From the NCBI RefSeq assembly GCF_947491795.1, contig NZ_CANLKW010000007.1, forward strand, positions 1,915-65,914: 64,000 nucleotides of DNA, written 5' to 3'. Positions 19,412 through 28,988 of this stretch are shown one piece after another (the first letter of the stretch is position 1; every line of letters begins with the position of its first letter). Below the pieces are notes generated by a model. That model ran no database searches. It was not told where the DNA came from and was given only the letters and a program-made list of their open reading frames with translations. Origin of the DNA: an uncultured Roseobacter sp. (GTDB taxonomy: Bacteria > Pseudomonadota > Alphaproteobacteria > Rhodobacterales > Rhodobacteraceae). The translations under genes and the position numbers were made by a program.

Positions 19412-20791
19412 TCAGAATATCTCCAGATCGCGGTCGACCATCACCGTGACGCGGGCCCCCTGGTCGACATAGATGACCGGACCGATGGAGAGGTAATCGC
19501 CAATGACGCTGTCCGTGGCATCGGCAAGATCATCGCCCACGTCTTCGAGCACGTCCGCGGTGGTCTCATCCTGCACGTTTGCTGCAGTGGCGCTTGGAGC
19601 AGCCGATATTAGAGAAATCAGCGCCGCTGAGCCAAAGCGCTCATCAAAGCGGGTATCGACAAAACCTGTGACGCCGGAGCGGCCAAGTTCATCGCCCCCA
19701 AAGGAACTGATCTGGATAGTTTGATTGTCGGGCAGGATGATCCGGTCCCAGGCGATCGTAACGCGGTGCTGAGCGATATCGACGCCAGAACGATAACGTC
19801 CGATCAGGCGGGAACCACGCGGGATCAGAAGGCGGGAGCCATCGAAACTGAACACGTCTTCGGAAACGACGGCCTTGGTCTGCCCGGGCAGGGAGCTGTC
19901 GAGGGCGGTTTCCATGACGGCCTGGATCATCGTGCCCTGGGTGATGGTGTTGGACGGGTTGGCAATGACTTCGGCCTGCGTCACCGACGTGGGCAGCGCG
20001 CCGTTCAGCACGAAATCCGTCACCTCCCCAAAAGTCCGTTCGGTCAGTGCCGTCTCATTTGCGCCGGAGGTGCTGCCAAACGCGATGGTTGGCGAGGTGA
20101 TACGACGCTCCTGAAACGCCCGTTCCTCGGCCGCGCGGCGTTCAAGTTCCGCGAGCTGTCTTGCTTCCTCCTCGCGGCGGATCCGTTCTTCTTCCCGCGC
20201 GCGCAGCTCGTCCTCGGTGGGCCCCAAGGGCGCGGGAACAGGGCGATTGGCCTCGAGCTGCGCAAGTTCAAGGTCCATGCGGAGTTGCTCCAGCTCGCGG
20301 TCGCGCACCGTGAGTTCATCGCGAAACTGCTGCTGTGCGGATTCTGACGCGGCTTGAAGGGCCGCGATCTGGGCCGTCAGCGCATCGATGGCTTCGGCGG
20401 CAGCCGTGTCTTCCGCGACGACCGGTTCGGGCGCGTTGCGCAATTCCTCGATCTGGGCCTGAAGGGCGGCGAGTTGCGCCAAAAGCTCGGCGTTCGGTTC
20501 CACCGGTTCCGGTGCGACCAGAACGACTTCGGGCTCCGGTGGGGGGAGGGATTCGATAGCGCCAAACCCGTCACCTTCGTTTTGGAACACGTCCGGCGTG
20601 GCTGTGGGCAAGGCTTCTTCTTCCTCGGATTGGGACATGAAATAGAGCAATGCACCGCCCGCCCCGATCACGAGGACAACGACCAAAGCGAGCAGCGGCG
20701 AGCGTCGCGGGGCAGGGGGCGAACCTGCGCCTTTGCCTTGCTCGAGGGCGGCGAGACGTTTCTCGAGGTCCGCGTTTCCAGTATCGCTCAT
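19412..20791 (-). CDS. virB10: T4SS protein VirB10/TrbI
   Basis: TM segment, Pro/Glu-rich coiled-coil linker, then the conserved C-terminal barrel (GTMIQAVMETALDSSLPG...LLIPRGSRLIGRY...RVTIAWDRIILPDN). The likely start ATG 20791 overlaps the virB9 stop (ATGA). Confidence 0.85.
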   Translation of the reverse strand: MSDTGNADLEKRLAALEQGKGAGSPPAPRRSPLLALVVVLVIGAGGALLYFMSQSEEEEALPTATPDVFQNEGDGFGAIESLPPPEPEVVLVAPEPVEPNAELLAQLAALQAQIEELRNAPEPVVAEDTAAAEAIDALTAQIAALQAASESAQQQFRDELTVRDRELEQLRMDLELAQLEANRPVPAPLGPTEDELRAREEERIRREEEARQLAELERRAAEERAFQERRITSPTIAFGSTSGANETALTERTFGEVTDFVLNGALPTSVTQAEVIANPSNTITQGTMIQAVMETALDSSLPGQTKAVVSEDVFSFDGSRLLIPRGSRLIGRYRSGVDIAQHRVTIAWDRIILPDNQTIQISSFGGDELGRSGVTGFVDTRFDERFGSAALISLISAAPSATAANVQDETTADVLEDVGDDLADATDSVIGDYLSIGPVIYVDQGARVTVMVDRDLEIF

Positions 20792-21483
20792 GAGCCCACC
20801 CCCGCAGGCGGTGTGGCCTCGATGCAGACCACCTCGTCCCCGATCCGCAGCACCCATTGCCGGTTCACCCCCGAGACCCGGATGACGCCATCCTCGGTGG
20901 CCTGCGTGTTGACCGTCCGCTCACGGCCATTGGCGTAACGGAAGATCGCGGGCACCGGCGCGTTCCGCGGGAATGCGAAATACGTGAAGGTCCCGTCATC
21001 CCAGACGCGGCTCGGGGTGAACTCGGAGCGCGCACTGGCACCGTAATTGTAGTTCGGGGCTTGGGCCGCGATGGCACGTGTGGGCCGTGCATTGTCTTCG
21101 GGGTAGCGGAACTGGACCACGTAAAAAGTCGGACTGCGGGTCTCCTGGACGTTGAAGTAGTAGCTGCGGCGGTTGGTATAGACAGTCACGTTGGTATGGA
21201 CGCCACGTGCGACGGGCTTGATCGCGAAGGCCTGTCCACCGGGCACGCCGTCGATCTCAAAACCCTCCGTGTCACCTGCGATGATTGAGCGGATGCTCTC
21301 GCCTTCCCCGAACTCGACCGTGGTCACATGGGTGAGCGAGACGTTGAGGCGATAGACTTGGCTCTCCTGGTAGGTGGCCAGGCGCACCCGGTTGTCATTG
21401 GGGCCGCCGCGCGGGATGGATTCGGCTAAGGCTAAGACTGGCAGTAGGGTAAATAGGCCCGCAACAAAGAGCTTACTGATCAA
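20788..21483 (-). CDS. virB9: T4SS protein VirB9/TrbG
   Basis: Signal peptide, then DNRVRLATYQESQVYRLNVSLTHVTTVEFGEGESI...YYFNV. The likely TTG start at 21483 lies 5 nt after GGAGAA and directly after the virB8 stop. The track ORF extends further upstream. Confidence 0.85.
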   Translation of the reverse strand: MISKLFVAGLFTLLPVLALAESIPRGGPNDNRVRLATYQESQVYRLNVSLTHVTTVEFGEGESIRSIIAGDTEGFEIDGVPGGQAFAIKPVARGVHTNVTVYTNRRSYYFNVQETRSPTFYVVQFRYPEDNARPTRAIAAQAPNYNYGASARSEFTPSRVWDDGTFTYFAFPRNAPVPAIFRYANGRERTVNTQATEDGVIRVSGVNRQWVLRIGDEVVCIEATPPAGVGS

Positions 21484-21484
21484 A

Positions 21485-22138
21485 CTAATTCTCCAATCTG
21501 TCGGAGCGGATGGAATATTCGAGGACTGTGAAGCCGAAGGGGTTGGTCCAGACTTCATCGATGGAGCGACGGGTCTCGGGGCGGAACTCAAAGAGAAGCG
21601 TGGCGGTGAAAAGCCCGGTCTGAACGCCATTGATGGAGGTCAGGCGCTTGCGCAGGCGCACGGTGGCGCGGTTGTTGCCGATGCGATTGATGCTGAGGAT
21701 TTCCACGTCGAGCCGGGCGTTCGGCCCGTAGACTGTCGGCGGGTAGTTCTCGTTGGCGCTGTTCCAGATCTGGCGCAATCCGCTCTCGGAGGCACCGTCC
21801 GAGCGACGCAGAACACTGCGGATGCGCAGATCATTGTCGAGCTGGTTGTAGACTTCGCGGTCGGTCACATAGCGGAAGACCTCCGCCTCAATAATAGCCA
21901 AGTTGGCTGTGACAGACGTCGCGCCCACCGAGGCCTCGGGGAGTGCGAAGCCTGTTTCGGGATCATAGGGCACGACTACAGGCGGCGGATCGACATCGAA
22001 GACTGCGACAGCCGCGGCGCTCAGGCATCCGAGGATGCCAAAGATCAGGCAGATGAGCCCAAGGCGTTGCCAGAGCCGCTCGCGGCGCAGCGCCCCATAG
22101 ACCAGCTCTTCTTCGATGATTTCCTGTTCACGCGGCAC
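21485..22138 (-). CDS. virB8: T4SS protein VirB8
   Basis: Bitopic protein with an N-terminal TM (LGLICLIFGILGCLSAAAVAV) and a periplasmic NTF2-like domain (YVTDREVYN...). Position is conserved before virB9. Confidence 0.8.
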   Translation of the reverse strand: MPREQEIIEEELVYGALRRERLWQRLGLICLIFGILGCLSAAAVAVFDVDPPPVVVPYDPETGFALPEASVGATSVTANLAIIEAEVFRYVTDREVYNQLDNDLRIRSVLRRSDGASESGLRQIWNSANENYPPTVYGPNARLDVEILSINRIGNNRATVRLRKRLTSINGVQTGLFTATLLFEFRPETRRSIDEVWTNPFGFTVLEYSIRSDRLEN

Positions 22139-22154
22139 GCGTCACACCCCTGAA

Positions 22155-22964
22155 TCAATCTGCGCGCAGGTCAGGCAGCGTAAAGTCCATGAAGCGCTGT
22201 TCCTCTGCGATGGTGGCTGCATCGATCACGCCGCCGGTGCCGTCGCCCACGGTTTGCACGGCTTCGAGCTGCCACATGGCCACGAGCGCAATGGCGAGTT
22301 CCGCCGTCACGCGAGTATTGAGGTCGATGCTTTCCTTGAGTTCGTCCATGTCATCGATCAGTCCGACGAGCCGGTCGACGCGTTCGAGCGACTGGCCGGC
22401 ATCCTCGTAGCTGTTTTGCGCTGCTGCTGAAACGAGGGCGCCAGTCGTGGCTTGCGTGGCCACGCGATTAGCCCCGGGATTGCCGCTGGTGGCCATTTCC
22501 GAAAGCGTGTCTTCGTCAAATCCGAGATCGGCCAGGACCCGGTCCATCTGGGTTTCGATCTCGCCCGCGCCGGAGCCAGAGAGGCTTGAAAAGTCTCCAG
22601 TCTTGATGGCTTCAATGGTGGCGAGGATGTCTCCGAACTCCTGATCGAGCAGGCCATTCAACTCGTCTTCCATCTCCGTGCGGATGATCTCAGGCAGTTC
22701 GGCCAGGCGTGTGAGGGCTTCGTAGGTCCGTTGCAGCTCCGCGAGTTGGTCCGTGAGTGTCGCAAGCTGTTCGCGGAGCTGCGTCAGCTGCTCGTTTTGG
22801 AGGATCTCGTCTTCGATCATCTGCCGGAGCTGCTGGATGTTTTGCGCGATGTTCTGGGTATCGACGACGGGCACGCCTTGCGCCAGGGCAGGGGCGAAGG
22901 TGCCAAGATGCAGGCCGATCCCAAGTGTCGTGGCCAAGGCCGTTCTCATGAGTAAATGTCCCAT
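22155..22964 (-). CDS. VirB5/TrbJ-like T4SS minor pilus protein
   Basis: Signal peptide, then VPVVDTQNIAQNIQQLRQMIEDEILQNEQLTQL, a TrbJ/VirB5-type helical N-terminus. Confidence 0.6.
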   Translation of the reverse strand: MGHLLMRTALATTLGIGLHLGTFAPALAQGVPVVDTQNIAQNIQQLRQMIEDEILQNEQLTQLREQLATLTDQLAELQRTYEALTRLAELPEIIRTEMEDELNGLLDQEFGDILATIEAIKTGDFSSLSGSGAGEIETQMDRVLADLGFDEDTLSEMATSGNPGANRVATQATTGALVSAAAQNSYEDAGQSLERVDRLVGLIDDMDELKESIDLNTRVTAELAIALVAMWQLEAVQTVGDGTGGVIDAATIAEEQRFMDFTLPDLRAD

Positions 22965-24139
22965 TAGTCTATCTCCCTGGTCGTGAATTCCATGAACGCG
23001 CTTTCGGCCATGCGGGCGCTGGCCTGGGCCAGCTCCTCGGCGTAGAGGACGCGGGTCCGCGCCGCTTGAAGTCGAATGCGGGCAGCGACCAAGCGGACCA
23101 ACTCGGCACGGGCATAGGTGTTGAGCGCGATGCTTTCCTGCACATCTTTGGTCGTGGAAATCCGTTCGACGATATCCGCAATACGCAAGGCGGCCTGTCG
23201 GATCGCGGCGGGTGAGCTGTTGCCATAGAATGCCGCGCCATGCCCGGTGATCGAAAGGTTGGCATTGGCCAGAAGCGCGGGGTCGATCGAGCCGAGCGCT
23301 TCGATCCCGCCGATGCGGCTCAGATAGAGGTTATAGCGTTCGGGGATGGCCTGGACGTAGTGCTGGGTTTCGGCGAAGGGTGGCACCCCACCATACTCAA
23401 ATACCCGGCCCGGCCCCGCGTTATAGGCGGCAAGCGCGTTGATGATATTGCCGTCGAAGGTGTTGAGCTGGGTGGCGAGATAACGCGCGCCGCCATGCAC
23501 CTGCAGGTAGGGGCTGTCATAGTGTTCCGGGTTGATGCCGAGATCGCTCGCGGTGCCAGGCATGATCTGGGTGAGGCCAAAGGCCCCGACCGGCGAGCGG
23601 GCGCCAATCGTGAAGCGGCTTTCCTGCCAGATGAGGGCCTGCAGCAGGGCCCGCCACTGAACCGGGGAGAGGCCCGCGCGGCCCACTCCGGCAAAGCCGC
23701 TGGTCTCCTGGGCCACGCGGATGATGAGCTGCTCGATGTTTTCCGCCGCATCCCCGAACATCTGTGCGCCGCCGGGGTTGGGATCGATTTCGGCATTGCC
23801 ATAGACGGCCTCGGCGGAACGGGCCGGATCCCCGCTGCCGCTTTCCAGCCCTGAGACCATAGCCGGCAAGCCCTGACCGCCGAAGCTGGTCTGGGCATCG
23901 AGGATGCGTTGCAGGGTCTCGAGTTGCTCGCGTTCGATCTCGGCGATGAGTTCGCGCACGGCAAGCTTGTCCGCCTGGACCGCGAGGTCTGCCTCACGAT
24001 CGCCGGTCTCGACGATATCGCGCACTGTCAGCCCGCTGTCATTGGTTGGAACGCCCTGGGACAGGGCGAGACCGGGCAGCAGGCAAAGCGCAAGGATATG
24101 GGGCAGGCTAGACTTCAATGTCGCGCTCCGGCGCGCCAA
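22964..24139 (-). CDS. Lytic transglycosylase (SLT domain) with N-terminal coiled-coil region; second SLT protein of the operon
   Basis: LIWQESRF (catalytic Glu), [25 protein letters not shown]. Confidence 0.8.
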   Translation of the reverse strand: MARRSATLKSSLPHILALCLLPGLALSQGVPTNDSGLTVRDIVETGDREADLAVQADKLAVRELIAEIEREQLETLQRILDAQTSFGGQGLPAMVSGLESGSGDPARSAEAVYGNAEIDPNPGGAQMFGDAAENIEQLIIRVAQETSGFAGVGRAGLSPVQWRALLQALIWQESRFTIGARSPVGAFGLTQIMPGTASDLGINPEHYDSPYLQVHGGARYLATQLNTFDGNIINALAAYNAGPGRVFEYGGVPPFAETQHYVQAIPERYNLYLSRIGGIEALGSIDPALLANANLSITGHGAAFYGNSSPAAIRQAALRIADIVERISTTKDVQESIALNTYARAELVRLVAARIRLQAARTRVLYAEELAQASARMAESAFMEFTTREID

Positions 24140-24275
24140 GGGGCGTGAAGCTGCAATCTGGAGCGACAGGGGCTGTCGAGGCGAGGAAGGTGAAGCAATT
24201 GACCTGCGGTTCCTGGTACTGTGCGCAGGAGGCCAGCGCGCCGAGCGCGGCGAGCAGCAACAAAATGTGTGTCAT
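24108..24275 (-). CDS. Small lipoprotein (55 aa), VirB7-like by position; below the ORF-track size cutoff
   Basis: Hand translation: MTHILLLLAALGALASCAQYQEPQVNCFTFLASTAPVAPDCSFTPLGAPERDIEV*. Lipobox LASC. The ATG overlaps the virB4 stop (ATGA at 24272-24275). Confidence 0.55.
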   Translation of the reverse strand: MTHILLLLAALGALASCAQYQEPQVNCFTFLASTAPVAPDCSFTPLGAPERDIEV

Positions 24276-26662
24276 GAAATCTTCCAGAAATCGGGGCGGT
24301 CACGGTAATCGGTGCCGACAAGCGCTTCGCCCTTTTCCATGCCGCCAAGGATCGTGAGATTGGGCCCAAGGGCGCTCAGATCGGCATCGAGGACGATTGA
24401 GCCTTGATCGTCGCGGATCAGCGCAAGGCGGCTGTTGCTGCCCGTGTTGAGAAGGACGTCGAGCTCCTTCTCCGTGAGGTTCAGCATGACGTAATCCGAG
24501 GCACTGGCGCGGATATTGGGGAGCAGGATCTGCGTCGGGACAGCCTCGACGATGGTCTTGCCCGTCCGTGTGCGCTCGAGCTGGCTGGCGTATTGCGTCA
24601 TCATCACCGCGACGGTGTTCTGCTTGCGTGCGGTCAACAGCCAGTTCGACAACCGCTCTGCGAAATAGGCATTGTCGAGCGCCTTCCAGGCCTCATCAAT
24701 GATGATGATCGTAGGGCGGCGGTCCTCGATCTCGCGTTCGACTCGGCGGACGAGATAGGAGAGGACGGCCATCCGTTCCTTCTCGGCCTCGCTGTCGAGA
24801 ATGGCGGTGAGATCGAAGCCCACCACATCGCCGTCTAGCGAGAAGGTGTCTTCCAGGGTCTGTCCAAAGATCCAGCCATATCGCCCGTCTTCGGTCCACT
24901 CAAACAGTCGCTGGTGCAGATCGCCGCCATCATCGGTCGACACAAAAAGCGATGCGAAATCCCGCCAGTTCCGCAAGGCCGGATTGGAGGCCTGCGCGTT
25001 CTGGCGGACGACTTCTTGGATGCGGCTAGTCTGTGCCGGCATGAGCGGCTTGTCAGCGCGATGAAGCAGAGTGGCGAGCCAGTCCGACAGCCATGCCGTG
25101 CCGCGACTATCGGTTTCCGTCCAGAGGGGATTGAGGCCTGTGGGTTGCCCCGCTTTTAGGGACGCATAGCGCCCGTCATTGGCGCGGACCGCCATCTCCA
25201 TACCAAGGCGGTAATCGAAGACGAAGATCCGCGCCCCTGCTCGTCGGGCTTGAGTCATGAGAAACGCTGACAGCACCGATTTGCCCGAGCCGGGTCGACC
25301 CATAATCAGGGTATGCCCGCTGGTCGGTTCTTTGTCGGGCGTACCTTGCTCATGATAGGAAAACCGGTAGGCACTCTGTTCGGGTGTGGGCAAATAGGTG
25401 ATGACCTTGCCCCAGGGTGTTTTCGCGGCAGGCTTCCCTAGCTGCGTCCGATGAAACGCCGCGAAATCCGCGAAGTTGCGATTGGTGATCGCACTGGCAC
25501 GGACGCGCTTGGGCTGGTTGCCGGGATGCTGGCTGAGGTAATGCGCCTTGGCCGCCACGCGCTCGCCGACCATTTTTACGCCTTCGGAGGCGGCGGCGTT
25601 GACGATCTCGGCGCTGAGGGTCTGCAATTCGTCCAGCGTGTCGCAAAAAATTGTCACGACCATATGGTGCTCTCCGAAGCTCTGGCGTTTGGCTTCGAGA
25701 TCATCGGCGGCGATGTCGAGGGCTTCCATGAGCGACAGCGCCGCATCCTGAGAAGCCTGCATCTGACGCTTTTGCCGCTTGATGCGGCCTGCCATGAGGT
25801 TCGAATTGATCGGCGTGAAGGAATGCGTGACGATCATGTCGACGGGCAGGTTCAGCATGTCGAACATGGTGCAGGAGGTGGCCTCGGAGTATTCCCCGAT
25901 GGTAAAGCTCTTGCCGTAGCGATGTCCCACGACACCTTCGGAGAGCTCGAAATGATCTCCGTGAAACGTCACGCGGGTATTGGCGACATTGAAGGACAGG
26001 AAGCCATAGGTGTTGGCCGGATAAAGCGGCAATTCCTGGCCGGTATTCAGCGCCCCTAGAAAGCCGATCAACTCGCCACTTTCGGCCGTAAGTACGCGCG
26101 GGTTCAACTCGCTCAAGCCCGACACGAATACACTTACGGCCTCGCCCAGACGACGCAGACGCCTCTCGGTTGCCTCTTTGAGGCGATCGGGGGCGCTGCG
26201 GTTCAGGAACGGCAGGACGCTTTTCGGGGGCGGGCGGTGAATGATTGTGAGGGTCAAGGTTTTGTCGCGCAACCCGCTGGTTTCGAGTTTCGCGCGCCAG
26301 AGCCGGTCGACTTCTCCGGCAAAACTGTTCTCACGCACAGGCTCGAGGTCTGGCGTGATCGCCTTGGAGACCTTGTGGACGTAGTAGCTGAACTCTGGTC
26401 CCAGTTGCGCGATGATGCGGGCAAAGAGCGCGGTTACCTTGTCGAGATAGGCATCATCCGTCGTGTAGCTGTTGACACCACCCAGCCGGATGCACTGGAA
26501 TAGCTCGTTCACCCGCGTCCGCACGGTGCGGTCATCGACTAAGCTGACGTAAGGCAGCATATGTGCAAGGCGGGTTTCGCGCGCATACCAGTTCGGCGTC
26601 ATGGTGCGGAGATCGAGCGTTTCGTCCAAGGCTGTATTAGGGCGCATAGCTGTCCCCGCCAT
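24272..26662 (-). CDS. virB4: T4SS ATPase VirB4
   Basis: 796 aa. Walker A GRPGSGKS, Walker B IIIIDEAW, CagE/TrbE/VirB4 architecture. Confidence 0.92.
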   Translation of the reverse strand: MAGTAMRPNTALDETLDLRTMTPNWYARETRLAHMLPYVSLVDDRTVRTRVNELFQCIRLGGVNSYTTDDAYLDKVTALFARIIAQLGPEFSYYVHKVSKAITPDLEPVRENSFAGEVDRLWRAKLETSGLRDKTLTLTIIHRPPPKSVLPFLNRSAPDRLKEATERRLRRLGEAVSVFVSGLSELNPRVLTAESGELIGFLGALNTGQELPLYPANTYGFLSFNVANTRVTFHGDHFELSEGVVGHRYGKSFTIGEYSEATSCTMFDMLNLPVDMIVTHSFTPINSNLMAGRIKRQKRQMQASQDAALSLMEALDIAADDLEAKRQSFGEHHMVVTIFCDTLDELQTLSAEIVNAAASEGVKMVGERVAAKAHYLSQHPGNQPKRVRASAITNRNFADFAAFHRTQLGKPAAKTPWGKVITYLPTPEQSAYRFSYHEQGTPDKEPTSGHTLIMGRPGSGKSVLSAFLMTQARRAGARIFVFDYRLGMEMAVRANDGRYASLKAGQPTGLNPLWTETDSRGTAWLSDWLATLLHRADKPLMPAQTSRIQEVVRQNAQASNPALRNWRDFASLFVSTDDGGDLHQRLFEWTEDGRYGWIFGQTLEDTFSLDGDVVGFDLTAILDSEAEKERMAVLSYLVRRVEREIEDRRPTIIIIDEAWKALDNAYFAERLSNWLLTARKQNTVAVMMTQYASQLERTRTGKTIVEAVPTQILLPNIRASASDYVMLNLTEKELDVLLNTGSNSRLALIRDDQGSIVLDADLSALGPNLTILGGMEKGEALVGTDYRDRPDFWKIS

Positions 26663-26915
26663 GGATGGAGCGGTTCCGCGTGGGCGGCGTTTCCTGCAGC
26701 GCCGTCATCATCACGTCGATGAAGCGCGGATCCCAGTCGGCAGCTTTCCAAAGCACCGGGTAGAGCAGGACGGCTAAGCCCAGCACGGCGATGTGCTGGA
26801 CCCAGACGAACAAGAGCACCGAGCAAAAGAGCCAGACCATCGCATACATGATGGGCAGGCCCAGAAGCTTCGGCGGCCGCACGAGGCCGAGAAAGAGGGG
26901 CGAGCGCTCAGCCAC
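26637..26915 (-). CDS. virB3: T4SS protein VirB3
   Basis: PLFLGLVRPPKLLGLP followed by a TM segment (MVWLFCSVLLFVWV). The probable GTG start at 26915 overlaps the virB2 stop. The track ORF starts at 26972. Confidence 0.7.
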   Translation of the reverse strand: MAERSPLFLGLVRPPKLLGLPIMYAMVWLFCSVLLFVWVQHIAVLGLAVLLYPVLWKAADWDPRFIDVMMTALQETPPTRNRSIHGGDSYAP

Positions 26916-27201
26916 CGGCAAAGACCGCGGCAACAATAGTGGGTGCGGCAGCAACACCGGCGATGCCGACAAGCACCCAGAGGGCCTGGCGCAGATCGAT
27001 GATGTTGAAGAACCAGCTCAAGAAAACACCGAGCACGGCGAGCGTGGCGATGACGACGCCAAGCGGGCCGGTCAGCGCATCGACGATACCCTGAAGCAGG
27101 CTCTGGATCGGGGAGAGATCAATGCTTTGTGCGAGGGCCGGCTCTGCGACGAGGAGGAAGAGCGCGAGCGAGGCGACGAAAAGGTGTGAAATCTGTCTCA
27201 T
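26908..27201 (-). CDS. virB2: T4SS pilin VirB2/TrbC
   Basis: 97 aa with a long signal peptide (..VAEPALAQ) and two hydrophobic helices, in the position before virB3. Confidence 0.8.
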   Translation of the reverse strand: MRQISHLFVASLALFLLVAEPALAQSIDLSPIQSLLQGIVDALTGPLGVVIATLAVLGVFLSWFFNIIDLRQALWVLVGIAGVAAAPTIVAAVFAGG

Positions 27202-27938
27202 GAATTTGATCCTTCCAATCGGGCCATGACGGCCATGACTCGGGCCACGTGGTTCTGGGTTTCTCGGTAGGGGGGAATGCCGCCGTATTGGCGGACTGCA
27301 TCGGGTCCGGCGTTGTAGGCTGCGAGGGCAAGACGCGGTTCGCCGAACGTCTCCAGCATTAACGCAAGGTAGCGGGCGGAGCCGTCGAGGTTCTGAAGTG
27401 GATCACGCGCGTCGACACCGAGATCGCGCACCGTCGCAGGCATCAATTGACCGAGGCCGATGGCGCCAGCGCTCGAGACCGCATCCTGACGGTAGCCGCT
27501 CTCGACTTCGATATTTGCGCGGTAGAGGCTCAGCCAGTCTCGGACAGAAAGATCTGCGCGGCGCAGTGCAGGATGACCGGCATAGCGCAGAGCCGTGGCC
27601 TCTATGGCCGCCAGAACATCGACGCGAGGGAGGGGTGCTGGACGGGCGAGTGCTGCAAAATGCAACGCGTCAGGTTCAATAGCTGGTTCAGCTTCACCGA
27701 GGATCGCCAATTCATCAGCAGCGGACCCCTGTCCGATACCGTCATTGTAGTTCCGGGCAAAGTTGTCCTGGGAGCGGGACGGGGTGAGAGAGCCATCGCT
27801 CTCCATGACCAACACCATTTGCGCAGCGGCGGGACCCGCCAGGAACCAGCAAAGGAGAAGGCTACTTGCTGCCGCCCTTGTCGGTTGCAGCCAGCTTGTG
27901 CGTTGTCCGCTGGCCCTCCTCGAGCGGGACATCGGCAT
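27198..27938 (-). CDS. virB1: Lytic transglycosylase VirB1
   Basis: Signal peptide [16 protein letters not shown], then [27 protein letters not shown] and [11 protein letters not shown]. The start is uncertain; the Arg/Ser-rich N-terminal extension of the track ORF (to 28190) is probably not translated. Confidence 0.8.
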   Translation of the reverse strand: MPMSRSRRASGQRTSWLQPTRAAASSLLLCWFLAGPAAAQMVLVMESDGSLTPSRSQDNFARNYNDGIGQGSAADELAILGEAEPAIEPDALHFAALARPAPLPRVDVLAAIEATALRYAGHPALRRADLSVRDWLSLYRANIEVESGYRQDAVSSAGAIGLGQLMPATVRDLGVDARDPLQNLDGSARYLALMLETFGEPRLALAAYNAGPDAVRQYGGIPPYRETQNHVARVMAVMARLEGSNS

Positions 27939-28212
27939 GGGAGAAACCAATCCCGATGAGGAAGGAGACCACGCCCGTGATTGTCTTGAACTCGCGGATC
28001 TTGATGTCGTTATAGGTCGTGCGGGTGCGGGCTGTGACGAGGAGTTTTTCCACGCCGTCGTCCGAGACGACACGCATGATCCAGACCCCGTAGTAACTTG
28101 GGCCCTTCTTGTGTGCCGACGCCTGGCACAGGATTTCAGCGCTATAGCCACTTTCCACGAGTTCGCGGAAACGTGCTTCCGTAACCACATTAGGTGCTTC
28201 GATGTCCCAGTT
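27862..28212 (-). CDS. Hypothetical protein upstream of virB1
   Basis: ORF in frame from ATG 28212 ([24 protein letters not shown]...). No motif recognised, and the start is uncertain. Confidence 0.4.
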   Translation of the reverse strand, partial: NWDIEAPNVVTEARFRELVESGYSAEILCQASAHKKGPSYYGVWIMRVVSDDGVEKLLVTARTRTTYNDIKIREFKTITGVVSFLIGIGFSHADVPLEEGQRTTHKLAATDKGGSK

Positions 28213-28347
28213 CATGGCCCGGCTCACGCTTTCTTCAAAGGCGCAACGCCCGGGCATTCCCACTTGAAGCCCAGAGTTACGAAAGTATACTTTCAACCGC
28301 AAGATATATTATTAGTTGACGCGGCGTTATGTCGTTGAACATCTGAA

Positions 28348-28680
28348 TTGGCACGCGTGATGGAAACGATCAAGAAAATATGGGATTTCTTCCATCTTGG
28401 ATTGAACCGGCGTGCCGGGCTGGCAGCAATAGTTGCAACTTTGGTGGTGATTGATCACGCCGATGCCGAGACGTGCATCGCGCCCCTGCCCCCGTTCATT
28501 CCGACCGATTCTGCGGCAGCTCAAGACTATGAAGACCTGACTCGGAGCGATTTCGATCTATACGTCAGGGATGTTCAAGCATATTTGCGCTGTCTTGATC
28601 GGGAGCGCACGCGCGCATTCCATGAAGCGCAGGCGGTCACCAACGCGTACAGGCCGTTTTTGCGTTTTGTGGAAAGATAG
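28348..28680 (+). CDS. Small secreted hypothetical protein
   Basis: Hydrophobic N-terminal segment (AGLAAIVATLVVIDHADA), then a Cys-containing mature part. Confidence 0.4.
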   Translation: MARVMETIKKIWDFFHLGLNRRAGLAAIVATLVVIDHADAETCIAPLPPFIPTDSAAAQDYEDLTRSDFDLYVRDVQAYLRCLDRERTRAFHEAQAVTNAYRPFLRFVER

Positions 28681-28710
28681 TAAAGTGCGCTTCTTGTTGG
28701 CAGTGTTTTG

Positions 28711-28920
28711 CTATCGCGGCTTGAGTAACGCAGATGGATCGACGTCCAAAGCCTCGGCGATCTTCTCCAGCATGTCGACGGATACGGCATACTTGGCATT
28801 TTCAAGCTTGCCGAAGTATCCGCGGTTGATCTCGGCCGCATGCGCAAGCGCTTCCTGGCTGAGACCGCGGTCCCGCCGTAATTCCTGGATATTCAACCCT
28901 ACTCTTACACGAAGCTTCAT
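28711..28920 (-). CDS. XRE-family HTH transcriptional regulator (69 aa)
   Basis: VGLNIQELRRDRGLSQEALAHAAEINRGYFGKLENAKYAVSVDMLEKIAEALDV is a canonical Cro/C1 HTH. Confidence 0.8.
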   Translation of the reverse strand: MKLRVRVGLNIQELRRDRGLSQEALAHAAEINRGYFGKLENAKYAVSVDMLEKIAEALDVDPSALLKPR

Positions 28921-28988
28921 GCCAAAGGCAGAGCCACGATGATGGGTATTTCACCACGCGATATACTATACTTTCGTCATCTAGGCTG

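Noticed and set aside
27939-28190. Long N-terminal extension of the virB1 ORF (track start 28190).
   Set aside because: The extension is Arg/Ser/Thr-rich with no signal peptide, and it overlaps the better-looking 27862-28212 ORF. The signal peptide and SLT domain start downstream.
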